This document shows, in pieces, positions 18,044-25,219 of a DNA stretch of 64,000 nt. Position 1 is the first letter of the stretch. Each line of letters begins with the position of its first letter. The notes beneath the pieces were generated by a model, which saw nothing but the letters and a program-made list of their open reading frames with translations, did no database searches and had not been told where the DNA came from. A program made the translations under genes and the position numbers. Source of the stretch: Clostridia bacterium (lineage in GTDB: Bacteria > Bacillota > Clostridia > Christensenellales > UBA1242); contig JAFTMH010000002.1 in the NCBI GenBank assembly GCA_017452445.1, positions 723 to 64,722 of the forward strand, in the 5' to 3' direction.

Positions 18044-18727
18044 TTAAATATTATAAGTTACTTTAACACCAGGGCCCATTGTTGAAGCCAATGTAACACT
18101 CTTGATATATTGACCTTTTGCAGCAGCTGGTTTAGCCTTAACAATTGCGTCCATAATTGTTGTGAAGTTTTCAGCAAGTTTTTCCTTGCCAAAGCTCTTC
18201 TTGCCGATGATTACGTGAACATTGTTTGTTTTGTCCAATCTATATTCAACTTTTCCGGCTTTAACATCATTGATAGCTTTTGTTACATCTGTAGTAACAG
18301 TACCACTCTTTGGGTTTGGCATCAAGCCTTTTGGTCCAAGGATTCTAGCGATTCTACCAACAACGCCCATCATATCTGGAGTTGTGATACATACATCAAA
18401 ATCCAACCATCCACCGTTGATCTTTGTTACCATATCTTCAGCGCCTACAAAATCAGCACCAGCTTTTTGAGCTTCGTCTGCTTTGTCGCCCTTTGCAATA
18501 ACAAGAACTCTTACAGATTTGCCTGTTCCGTTTGGGAGAACAACAACGCCACGAACTTGTTGATCTGCATTTCTTCCGTCAACACCAAGTCTAACATGCA
18601 ATTCGATTGTTTCATCAAATTTTGCTGTTGATGTTGCAAGAACATTTTCAAGTGCATTGTCAAGTTCGAAACTAGCGTTTTTGTCAAAACTTTCAAGGCT
18701 CTTTACATATCTTTTACCTTTGTTCAT
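18044..18727 (-). CDS. rplA: 50S ribosomal protein L1
   Basis: The 227-aa translation (…[25 protein letters not shown]…[15 protein letters not shown]…) is typical uL1. It lies immediately downstream of rplK. Confidence 0.97.
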   Translation of the reverse strand: MNKGKRYVKSLESFDKNASFELDNALENVLATSTAKFDETIELHVRLGVDGRNADQQVRGVVVLPNGTGKSVRVLVIAKGDKADEAQKAGADFVGAEDMVTKINGGWLDFDVCITTPDMMGVVGRIARILGPKGLMPNPKSGTVTTDVTKAINDVKAGKVEYRLDKTNNVHVIIGKKSFGKEKLAENFTTIMDAIVKAKPAAAKGQYIKSVTLASTMGPGVKVTYNI

Positions 18728-18739
18728 AATTCACCTCTA

Positions 18740-19165
18740 TTAGTCCACAACTTCTACGCCCATGCTTCTTGCTGATCCAGCGATCATAGACATAGCACTT
18801 TCAACAGATGCAGCATTCAAGTCTGCCATTTTTTGTTCGGCAATCTTTCTAATCTGTTCTTTTGTGATTTTTCCGACTTTTGATTTGTTTGGTTTTGCAG
18901 AACCTTTATCAAGACCAATTGCCTTTTTGATAAGTACTGCTGCAGGTGGTGTCTTCAATTCGAATGTGAAGCTTCTATCTTCATAGATAGTGATCACAAC
19001 AGGAATGATAAACCCTGCTTGTTGAGCGGTTTTGTCGTTGAATTCTTTTACAAAGCCAGCGATGTTGATACCATGAGGTCCAAGTGAAGATCCTACTGGT
19101 GGTCCTGGAGTGGCTTTGCCCGCTTCGAGTTGCAATTTAACAACTGCTTTTACTTTTTTTGCCAT
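18740..19165 (-). CDS. rplK: 50S ribosomal protein L11
   Basis: 141 aa, starting [35 protein letters not shown]…, the canonical uL11 N-terminus. SD AGGAGGA. Confidence 0.97.
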   Translation of the reverse strand: MAKKVKAVVKLQLEAGKATPGPPVGSSLGPHGINIAGFVKEFNDKTAQQAGFIIPVVITIYEDRSFTFELKTPPAAVLIKKAIGLDKGSAKPNKSKVGKITKEQIRKIAEQKMADLNAASVESAMSMIAGSARSMGVEVVD

Positions 19166-19326
19166 TTTATTCCTCCTAATGTGGTCGTATTGAGTCTAGG
19201 CATGACCCTGCCACAAAATTTGACAGTTTAATGTCATGACGGACAAATTTTTGTTGAGATTGCTCTCATATATATTGTCGATCTTTTTGCAAGTTGCTGT
19301 TGCAAAACAATCGAAAATACCGATTT

Positions 19327-19854
19327 TTAGTTGATTTTGTGTACTTGTCCAAATTCAAGTTCGACATTGTTTTCTCTTCCAAACATTTCAACTGAAACAG
19401 TAACAATGCCAGCTTCTGCGTTTACAGAAACCACATCACCCACCATTTTATCAAGTGGTCCTTCAACAATTTCAACCTTGTCTCCAACTTCGATGTCAGT
19501 TTCAACTTTGATTTTTTCAAGTCTCATCTTCATAACTTCTTCTTCAGTAAGAGCCAAAGGTCTTCCTTTTGGACCTACAAACCCTGTGATGCCACGAGTG
19601 TTTGTAATATTGTGCCAAAGGTCATCACCATAAATCATCTTAACCAAAAGGTAGCAAGGCATGCTTTTTCTTGTAACAAGTTTTTTCTTGCCGTTCTTTT
19701 CTTCGATAACGCTTTCTTCTGGAATAACCATTTCAAAAATTCTATCTTCAAGATGGAATTTCTTTACAACAGTTTCAAGATTTTCCTTTGCAACATTTTC
19801 ATATCCAGAAAATGTGTGAAGCACATACCATTTAGGTTCGCTTGAATGTTCCAT
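19327..19854 (-). CDS. nusG: transcription termination/antitermination factor NusG
   Basis: NGN motif WYVLHTFSGYE and a C-terminal KOW (GDKVEIVEGPLDKMVGDVVSV). The ATG at 19854 follows SD AAGGAGAG. The track start at 19869 is an upstream TTG. Confidence 0.93.
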   Translation of the reverse strand: MEHSSEPKWYVLHTFSGYENVAKENLETVVKKFHLEDRIFEMVIPEESVIEEKNGKKKLVTRKSMPCYLLVKMIYGDDLWHNITNTRGITGFVGPKGRPLALTEEEVMKMRLEKIKVETDIEVGDKVEIVEGPLDKMVGDVVSVNAEAGIVTVSVEMFGRENNVELEFGQVHKIN

Positions 19855-19898
19855 AAATCTCTCCTTCAAAAAAATGAATACTTTCGCCTTTGCCTAAA

Positions 19899-20255
19899 TT
19901 AGCCTGCCAAAAGAGAAACAAGCCAACCAAGAAGTGTATTTATGCCATACAAGAAAAGCCCAAAAATGACTACAAACGAAACAACGATTCCTGTCTTCTT
20001 GACAACTTCGCCAAAAGTTGGCCAAGTAACTTTCTTAAGTTCGGAAGCAGTTTCTCTAACCTTTTTGCCAATTCCACCTTTCTTTTCTTTCTTCTTGTCT
20101 TTTTTCTTGTTGTCTTTGGAATTTTTATTATCTTTTTTATTTTTGTTTTCAACAACCTTTTCAGTTTTCTTTTTTGAAGCTTCTTCAACTTCTACAACTT
20201 GTTCTTCAACAACTTCTTCTGTTTGATTGTTTTCAACTTTTTGCTTTTTAGACAT
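19899..20255 (-). CDS. secE: preprotein translocase subunit SecE with a ~60-aa K/E-rich N-terminal extension
   Basis: The conserved core is ELKKVTWPTFGEVVKKTGIVVSFVVIFGLFLYGINTLLGW, in the rpmG-secE-nusG position. The ATG at 20255 follows SD GGAGGG. The track start at 20306 is spurious. Confidence 0.85.
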   Translation of the reverse strand: MSKKQKVENNQTEEVVEEQVVEVEEASKKKTEKVVENKNKKDNKNSKDNKKKDKKKEKKGGIGKKVRETASELKKVTWPTFGEVVKKTGIVVSFVVIFGLFLYGINTLLGWLVSLLAG

Positions 20256-20309
20256 AAGTCCCTCCAAATTTTTATGCGATTTGCTTTTGCAAATCAAAGA
20301 AATCAAAAA

Positions 20310-20471
20310 TTACTTTGTTTCTTTATGTTTTGTACGCTTGTTGCATTTTGGACAGTATTTGCTAATTTCAATTCTTTCAGCATTTGCAGAAGTATTCTTT
20401 TCTGTAGAATAGTTTCTTTCTTTGCATTCTGTGCATTCAAGTGTAATGAGTTTACGTTTTGGTGCTGCCAT
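20310..20471 (-). CDS. rpmG: 50S ribosomal protein L33 (zinc-ribbon, C+ form)
   Basis: [26 protein letters not shown]…[14 protein letters not shown], with SD AGGAGA. The track ORF start at 20552 runs into the promoter and is spurious. Confidence 0.93.
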   Translation of the reverse strand: MAAPKRKLITLECTECKERNYSTEKNTSANAERIEISKYCPKCNKRTKHKETK

Positions 20472-20523
20472 TTTAATATCTCCTAACAAAAAAACTAACA
20501 CCCTTTGCAGAAGTGTCGTATAT

Positions 20524-20552
20524 ACTATAGCACACGGGTCCGTGTAAGTCAA
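20524..20552 (-). promoter_or_regulatory. promoter of the rpmG-secE-nusG(-rplKA) cluster
   Basis: Minus strand: TTGACT (20547-20552), a 17-nt spacer containing CACGG-ac-CCGTG, TATAGT (20524-20529). Confidence 0.7.
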
Positions 20553-20586
20553 GTATTTTTATAAATTTTGCCCAAGATTTTTGCAA

Positions 20587-20611
20587 CAAAAAAGCCACAA
20601 TTGCTTGTGGC
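20587..20611 (-). terminator. intrinsic terminator after the HicB-like gene
   Basis: Stem GCCACAA (20594-20600) / TTGTGGC (20605-20611) with a 4-nt loop. T6 follows on the minus strand. Confidence 0.8.
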
Positions 20612-20623
20612 CATCGTTTTGTT

Positions 20624-20893
20624 TTATCTTTCTACAACTGCATCAACATACATCACTGTTTCGTTGGTTCTGCACTTTGGAAGAAGCAACTCAAGTTTTG
20701 TTGGTTTGTTGAAATCTGTTTCATATTTTACTGCATAAGCAAAATAAACTGACAACAAATCTTTTGCTGAAAGAAATGCTTCTGACAAATCCTTTCCATT
20801 TGTAAAAATTTCCAAGTCAGGAAAAACTACTTGATATGATCCGTCTTCGTCTTTAACAAAAATAGCTGGGTACACAAATTGATACTTTCTCAT
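20624..20893 (-). CDS. HicB-like (UPF0150) antitoxin-fold protein, no HicA partner seen
   Basis: 89 aa. YPAIFVKDEDGSYQVVFPDLEIFTNGKDLSEAFLSAKDLL matches the HicB N-terminal pattern (Y-P-A-x-x-x-x-D-x-D-G-x-Y-x-V-x-F-P-D-L…G-x-x-L-x-E-A). There is no C-terminal DNA-binding domain. Confidence 0.7.
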   Translation of the reverse strand: MRKYQFVYPAIFVKDEDGSYQVVFPDLEIFTNGKDLSEAFLSAKDLLSVYFAYAVKYETDFNKPTKLELLLPKCRTNETVMYVDAVVER

Positions 20894-20960
20894 ACAAACT
20901 CCACAAACTTATTATACGATTATATTTTAACATAAAACGCACCCATTTCAAAACAAAAAC

Positions 20961-20992
20961 AAAAAAAATATCGCAAAAACTGCGATATTTTT
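20961..20992 (-). terminator. intrinsic terminator after the 73-aa gene
   Basis: Stem ATATCGCA (20968-20975) / TGCGATAT (20981-20988), flanked by A8 and T-runs. Confidence 0.75.
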
Positions 20993-21013
20993 CAAAAAAC
21001 AAACATTCAAAAA

Positions 21014-21235
21014 TTATCTGCCCATTTCAGTAACCTTTTCAGGTTTTACATTTCTTGGCACAGATTCACCAGCTTCATAAGCAGCCATCAAATCTTCGAT
21101 AGATCCAATGTCTTTCCAGTCAATGCGAGATTTTGTTCCGTCTGGAGTGATAGCAACAACATATTCTTTATCGCCGTCCAAAACGAAAATTGTTTTATCC
21201 TCTGCAATTTCATTTATGTTTGTCTTATTATTCAT
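21014..21235 (-). CDS. hypothetical small acidic protein (73 aa)
   Basis: ORF with SD GGAGGTG and a candidate promoter TTACAA-16-TGaTAAGAT upstream. No recognisable family. Confidence 0.55.
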   Translation of the reverse strand: MNNKTNINEIAEDKTIFVLDGDKEYVVAITPDGTKSRIDWKDIGSIEDLMAAYEAGESVPRNVKPEKVTEMGR

Positions 21236-21406
21236 AATAACACCTCCGTGTGTTTTTTTCTTCTCACTTGTCCATATCTTATCACAAAACTTTTGATTTG
21301 TAAATACCTTTTTTCAAAAATTTTTTGACTAATTTTTCGCCTTTATTTCAGGGAAGTATAGCGATTTCAATGTTTTTTGACAAAAAGTGGGGAAAAGTGG
21401 GGTTTT

Positions 21407-23188
21407 TTACATTTTTTCCACACTGTCGATGCCAAGTGTGTGCAATGCTTTTTCTAAGCATTTTTTTACCAATTCGCAAAGTTTCAACATGCTCGCTTTC
21501 TTATTTTCGTTTGCTTCTGACAAAATTCTATGGTTGTTGTAGAATGTTGAGAATGCACTTGCCAAATCAAATGCAGACAAGCAAAGTGAGTTCATTGAAT
21601 AACTATCATAGCAAAGTTGATAAGAAGAGTTGAGTTTCAAAACAGCCAAAACAATGTTTCTTTCGTCTGCGTTTTCAATTTCAACTTTCCCATTTTCTGC
21701 ACTTGCTTTTGCCAAAATTGAATTGATACGAGCGATTGTATATTGAATGTATGGACCTGTTTTGCCATCAAATGCCAAAAATTTGTCCACATCAAACACA
21801 TAATCTTTGACAACCGTGTTTGACAAATCACCAAACTTCATAGCACCAACACCAATTCTGCGAGCAAGCTCTTTGTCGCCAACAATGCCATTTGAAGAAA
21901 GTTTTTGTTCGGCACTTTCAACAAGCATATCAACAACATCTTTATATTTGACAACTCCACCAGCCCTTGTCTTGAATGGTTTGCCATCTTTGCCATTCAT
22001 TGTGCCAAAACCAACATGAGTAAGTTTTTGACTTTCTGGAGAAATTCCAGCAAGTTTACTACAACGGAAAACTTGTTCGAAGTGTCCAGATTGACGATTG
22101 TCTGTGATATAAACAATTTCATCTGGATTAAATTCTCTGTTTCTGATCAAAATTGTTGCAATATCTGTTGTTGCATACAAGTCGCCACCATTATATTTTT
22201 TGATGATTGCTGGAGGCATAGGATTTTTGTATCTTTGAGGCTCGTCCTCACTCTTTTTAGGGATTGGGATATGTTCGCCTTCTCTTGCGACATCAACAAC
22301 CAAAGCGCCTTCGCTTTCTCTTGCAAGACCTTGATCTACAAACATTTGCACAGTTTCTTCGATTGCAGGATCTGCATCGCTTTCGCCATAATAATAATCA
22401 AACTCTGTGTTAAGCAAAGTATAATTTTTTTCAATTTCAGCAACAGACAATGCTCTGATCTTATTATATATAGTCCAATATGGTTCTTTGTGTCGTTGAA
22501 CAAACAAAGTATATTCGTCAGCAGTTTTCTTAAACTCTTCGTCAACATCTTTTCTCTTGCTTGCTTTTGGATATTCTTCATTCAAAACATCAAGTGTAAC
22601 ATTTGTCAAAGGAAGGTTTTTGATGTCTGCCCCTTCTTCAAAAAACTTGTCAATATAACCGTCCAAATGAAGTTGCAAAATTGTAAGTCCCATTTGAAGC
22701 CCAAAATCACCCAAGTGAACATCGGAAATTGTTTTGTTTCCCATTGCAATATGCAATCTTTTGAGCGCTTCGCCAACAATCGGTGATCTCAAGTGGCCAA
22801 CATGCAATTCTTTTGCAACATTTGCGCCACCATAATCAAACAAAATTGTGCGTGGATTTGAAACTTGTTCGATGCCACAATTTTTGTCTGCAGAAACAAA
22901 TTCGGCATATTCTGCCAAAGTCTTGTCTTTTACAACAATGTTGATAAATCCAGGCATAGCAACCGAAAAATCAAAACCTGAGTCTTTTGCCACATTTTCA
23001 ACAAGTTGATTTGCCACATCAATCGGCTTTTGTCCAAGAGTTTTGCACACAATCATTGCAAAGTTGGTTTGAAAATCGCAAAGTTCTGGTCTGTTTGAAA
23101 AAGAAACCACCAATTTGTCAACTTCTTCAACGCCAAATTTTTTTGCTGATTCTGCCAATATTTGAGCTATTTGTTCTTTTATGTTCAT
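21407..23188 (-). CDS. argS: arginine--tRNA ligase
   Basis: Class I synthetase with the HIGH-like motif ANVAKELHVGHLR and a C-terminal anticodon-binding DALR-type region. The ATG at 23188 (MNIKEQIAQIL) follows SD GGAGAAAAAG. The track start at 23290 is an unsupported extension. Confidence 0.93.
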   Translation of the reverse strand: MNIKEQIAQILAESAKKFGVEEVDKLVVSFSNRPELCDFQTNFAMIVCKTLGQKPIDVANQLVENVAKDSGFDFSVAMPGFINIVVKDKTLAEYAEFVSADKNCGIEQVSNPRTILFDYGGANVAKELHVGHLRSPIVGEALKRLHIAMGNKTISDVHLGDFGLQMGLTILQLHLDGYIDKFFEEGADIKNLPLTNVTLDVLNEEYPKASKRKDVDEEFKKTADEYTLFVQRHKEPYWTIYNKIRALSVAEIEKNYTLLNTEFDYYYGESDADPAIEETVQMFVDQGLARESEGALVVDVAREGEHIPIPKKSEDEPQRYKNPMPPAIIKKYNGGDLYATTDIATILIRNREFNPDEIVYITDNRQSGHFEQVFRCSKLAGISPESQKLTHVGFGTMNGKDGKPFKTRAGGVVKYKDVVDMLVESAEQKLSSNGIVGDKELARRIGVGAMKFGDLSNTVVKDYVFDVDKFLAFDGKTGPYIQYTIARINSILAKASAENGKVEIENADERNIVLAVLKLNSSYQLCYDSYSMNSLCLSAFDLASAFSTFYNNHRILSEANENKKASMLKLCELVKKCLEKALHTLGIDSVEKM

Positions 23189-23283
23189 ACTTTTTCTCCG
23201 TAATATACCAAAGTATAACAAAAATAAAAAAGATTGGCAAGTTTTCTTTTTGTTTTGTTTTTTCATTTTTTTCGCAACACCCA

Positions 23284-23326
23284 TTGACATTTGTTATCAC
23301 ATTATGATATTATGTAATTACATAAT
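23284..23326 (+). promoter_or_regulatory. promoter plus 18-bp palindromic operator of the ArsR-like gene
   Basis: TTGACA (23284-23289), an 18-nt spacer ending in TGa, TATTAT (23308-23313). The perfect palindrome ATTATGTAATTACATAAT (23309-23326) overlaps the -10 and the predicted start site. Confidence 0.7.
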
Positions 23327-23344
23327 TAGGTAACGGAGGTATAT

Positions 23345-23854
23345 ATGGAAAACCAACTCAAACAACAAATAGACGAAATCTATCAACTTGTCAAATCTTA
23401 CGACAAAAGATTGACAACTCTTGAAAACAAGCCAGCTCAAACAAAACCAACAAAATCAGTGTTTTCCCCTGACGACATCAAAGACGGACAAATCTCTTAT
23501 GTAGGCAAATACACCTCGCAAGATGGCACAATCGGTTCGACTTTTGGCAGAAGTCCAAGACCAATCGCCCCACTTTTTGAAATGAATTCATTTGAAATGG
23601 CAAAAATCATTGATGCCTTTTCAAGCGAAGAGCGAATTGACTTGGTTAAATTGCTTATTCAACAAAGTTTGACAGCAAAGCAACTTATGGAAAAACTCAA
23701 CTTTGCAACAACAGGAAAACTCTATCATCACCTTGGCTTTTTGGAAAAAATAGGGGTGGTAAGAAAAGATGGCGAAAAGTTTCATGTTGTCGCAAGATAT
23801 GTTGACTGCATTTTGCTTATCTTCTGTGGAGTTCAATCACTCTTAAGAGACTAA
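23345..23854 (+). CDS. ArsR-family winged-helix transcription regulator with an unusual ~85-aa N-terminal region
   Basis: SD GGAGGT. The C-terminal half (ERIDLVKLLIQQSLTAKQLMEKLNFATTGKLYHHLGFLEKIGVVRKDGEKFHV) fits the ArsR HTH pattern. Confidence 0.7.
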   Translation: MENQLKQQIDEIYQLVKSYDKRLTTLENKPAQTKPTKSVFSPDDIKDGQISYVGKYTSQDGTIGSTFGRSPRPIAPLFEMNSFEMAKIIDAFSSEERIDLVKLLIQQSLTAKQLMEKLNFATTGKLYHHLGFLEKIGVVRKDGEKFHVVARYVDCILLIFCGVQSLLRD

Positions 23855-23863
23855 CAGCACCAA

Positions 23864-23895
23864 CAAAAAAAGATGCTCTCGCGCATCTTTTTTTA
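23864..23895 (+). terminator. intrinsic terminator of the ArsR-like gene
   Basis: Stem AGATGC (23871-23876) / GCATCT (23883-23888) with a 6-nt loop, flanked by A7 and T7. Confidence 0.8.
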
Positions 23896-23920
23896 ATCTC
23901 TATTTTGGTGGATAAGTGGA

Positions 23921-23946
23921 CAAAAATAAAAACACCCGATGGGTGT
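23921..23946 (-). terminator. intrinsic terminator of dnaX-ybaB-recR
   Basis: Stem ACACCC (23932-23937) / GGGTGT (23941-23946) with loop GAT, abutting the recR stop. On the minus strand it is followed by TTTTTATTTTT. Confidence 0.8.
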
Positions 23947-24539
23947 TATATTTCTTTTCTGTCTGCGATTGCTTTGCTGAGAGTGATTTCATCTGCAAAT
24001 TCGATGTCGCTGCCCATTGCAATGCCTTGAGCAAGTCTTGTAACTTTAACTCCCATTGGTCTAAGAAGTTTTGCAACATACATTGCTGTTGCTTCCCCTT
24101 CAACATCTGGGTTTGTCGCCATAATAACTTCTTTGACATCATTTGTTGAAACTCTTGCAAGCAACTCTTTGATGCGAATGTCGTTTGGACCTTTGTTTTC
24201 AAGTGGATTGATACAGCCAAAAAGCACATGGTAAACCCCATCAAAACTTTTTACCTTTTCCATTGAAATAATATCCTTTGGTTCTTGCACAACACAAATG
24301 ATTTGTTTGTTTCTTCTTTGACAGATTGGACAAACTTCGCTTGCACTATAATTTCCACATTCTTTGCAAAGTTTAACCTTTTCCTTTGCATCAACAATCG
24401 CTTTTGCAAAGTTTTCGGCTTTCTCTTTGTTGTTTTCGATAATGTAGAAAGCATATCTTTGTGCAGTCTTTTTTCCAACCCCTGGCAATGATCTAAAATA
24501 TTCAATCAATCTTTCAATTGGTTCTTCAAAATCTGCCAT
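23946..24539 (-). CDS. recR: recombination protein RecR
   Basis: 197 aa. It has the HhH (LPGVGKKTAQRYAFYI), the C4 zinc finger (CKECGNYSASEVCPIC) and Toprim. It sits in the dnaX-ybaB-recR synteny. Confidence 0.95.
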   Translation of the reverse strand: MADFEEPIERLIEYFRSLPGVGKKTAQRYAFYIIENNKEKAENFAKAIVDAKEKVKLCKECGNYSASEVCPICQRRNKQIICVVQEPKDIISMEKVKSFDGVYHVLFGCINPLENKGPNDIRIKELLARVSTNDVKEVIMATNPDVEGEATAMYVAKLLRPMGVKVTRLAQGIAMGSDIEFADEITLSKAIADRKEI

Positions 24540-24541
24540 AA

Positions 24542-24859
24542 TTACATACCCAAGTTTGGCAATTTGTTCTTTTCGTCTTCTGCAATCTTGTTGAGAGCAT
24601 CGCCAAGTGCAGATGCAACCAAATCTTCCAACATTTCTACATCATCTGGATCAACAACTTCTGGTTTAATTCTTACAGACTTTACTGTTCTGTTTCCGTA
24701 AAGTGTAACTTCAACCATGCCGCCACCTACAGAAGATGAATATTCTGTGTTGTCGATTTCTTCTCTAGTTCTTTTCATATCTTCTTGCATTTTTTGGGCT
24801 TGTCTCATAAGTTGTTGCATATTTGCTCCACCGAAGCCACCACCAAATCCGTATGCCAT
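24542..24859 (-). CDS. ybaB: nucleoid-associated protein YbaB/EbfC
   Basis: 105 aa: …MQQLMRQAQKMQEDMKRTREEI…GGGMVEVTLYGNRTVKSVRIKPEVVDPDDVEMLEDLV…. SD AAGGAGAG. Confidence 0.92.
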   Translation of the reverse strand: MAYGFGGGFGGANMQQLMRQAQKMQEDMKRTREEIDNTEYSSSVGGGMVEVTLYGNRTVKSVRIKPEVVDPDDVEMLEDLVASALGDALNKIAEDEKNKLPNLGM

Positions 24860-24871
24860 ATCTATCTCTCC

Positions 24872-25219
24872 TTAATCTTCAAAAACCACTTTGTTGCCAA
24901 AGAAGTTTTCAATTTTTTTAATATCTTTGTTTATTTTTTGTTCGGAACTTTCATATTTGACAACTTCAAATTTCAAGTCCAAACCTTGCCAGCGAATAGC
25001 ACTTTCAATTTCTTTTCTGCCCGATTCGAGCACATCAACCAAAAAGCCGTCGCTTGACCTAACAATCAGTTGGTCTCCATCAATCTTTGCATTTGTGATG
25101 TCCCCACAAGCGACATGAAGAGCAACCTTTTTATGTTCTTTCAAATAAAGCACAATCTTTCCCCAAACATTGTTTGCAGAAAGTTTTGATGCATCTTTTT
25201 CAATTTTCAGTTTTTTTTT
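24872..25219 (-). CDS. dnaX: tau-specific C-terminal segment of DnaX, open only in the -1 frame relative to dnaX
   Basis: From the A9 run, the -1 frame reads K-LKIEKDASKLSANNVWGKIVLYLKEHKKVALHVACGDITNAKIDGDQLIV…VVFED* with no stop. It has no SD or ATG of its own (the track begins it at an internal GTG). The W-x-x-I-L-x-x-L-K…L pattern matches the Firmicute DnaX C-terminal domain. Confidence 0.7.
   Translation of the reverse strand, partial: KKKLKIEKDASKLSANNVWGKIVLYLKEHKKVALHVACGDITNAKIDGDQLIVRSSDGFLVDVLESGRKEIESAIRWQGLDLKFEVVKYESSEQKINKDIKKIENFFGNKVVFED

Noticed and set aside
20472-20552. N-terminal extensions in the ORF track for rpmG, and likewise for secE, nusG, argS, pgk, tatD, trpS, rplI, spmB and the flippase
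   Set aside because: The track starts at the first ATG/TTG/GTG after a stop. In each case a downstream ATG is preceded by a strong SD (or a -10 at leaderless spacing) and coincides with the conserved protein N-terminus.
21014-21235. The 73-aa ORF as the missing HicA toxin for the HicB-like gene
   Set aside because: The sequence is acidic and lacks the HicA dsRBD-like motifs (no G-S-H or basic patch). The two genes are also separated by their own terminator and promoter.
21383-21402. Tandem direct repeat AAAAGTGGGG x2 abutting the argS stop codon
   Set aside because: It has only two copies and no hairpin potential or partner element. It may contribute a C-rich, unstructured 3' region on the mRNA, but there is too little evidence to call a feature.
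23301-23330. The palindrome region considered as a dif (XerCD) site because of TTATGTAA-like half-sites
   Set aside because: dif has …CATAA-n6-TTATG… with the arms facing inward. Here the arrangement is TTATG-taatta-CATAA, a perfect palindrome overlapping a promoter, which fits a repressor operator instead.
25207-25209. An alternative genetic code (TGA read as Trp or Gly) as an explanation for the dnaX break
   Set aside because: Reading through the TGA in the zero frame gives non-conserved sequence, whereas the -1 frame gives the conserved DnaX C-terminus. TGA also terminates other well-defined genes (tatD, spmA) at conserved C-termini, and all long ORFs are intact under code 11.
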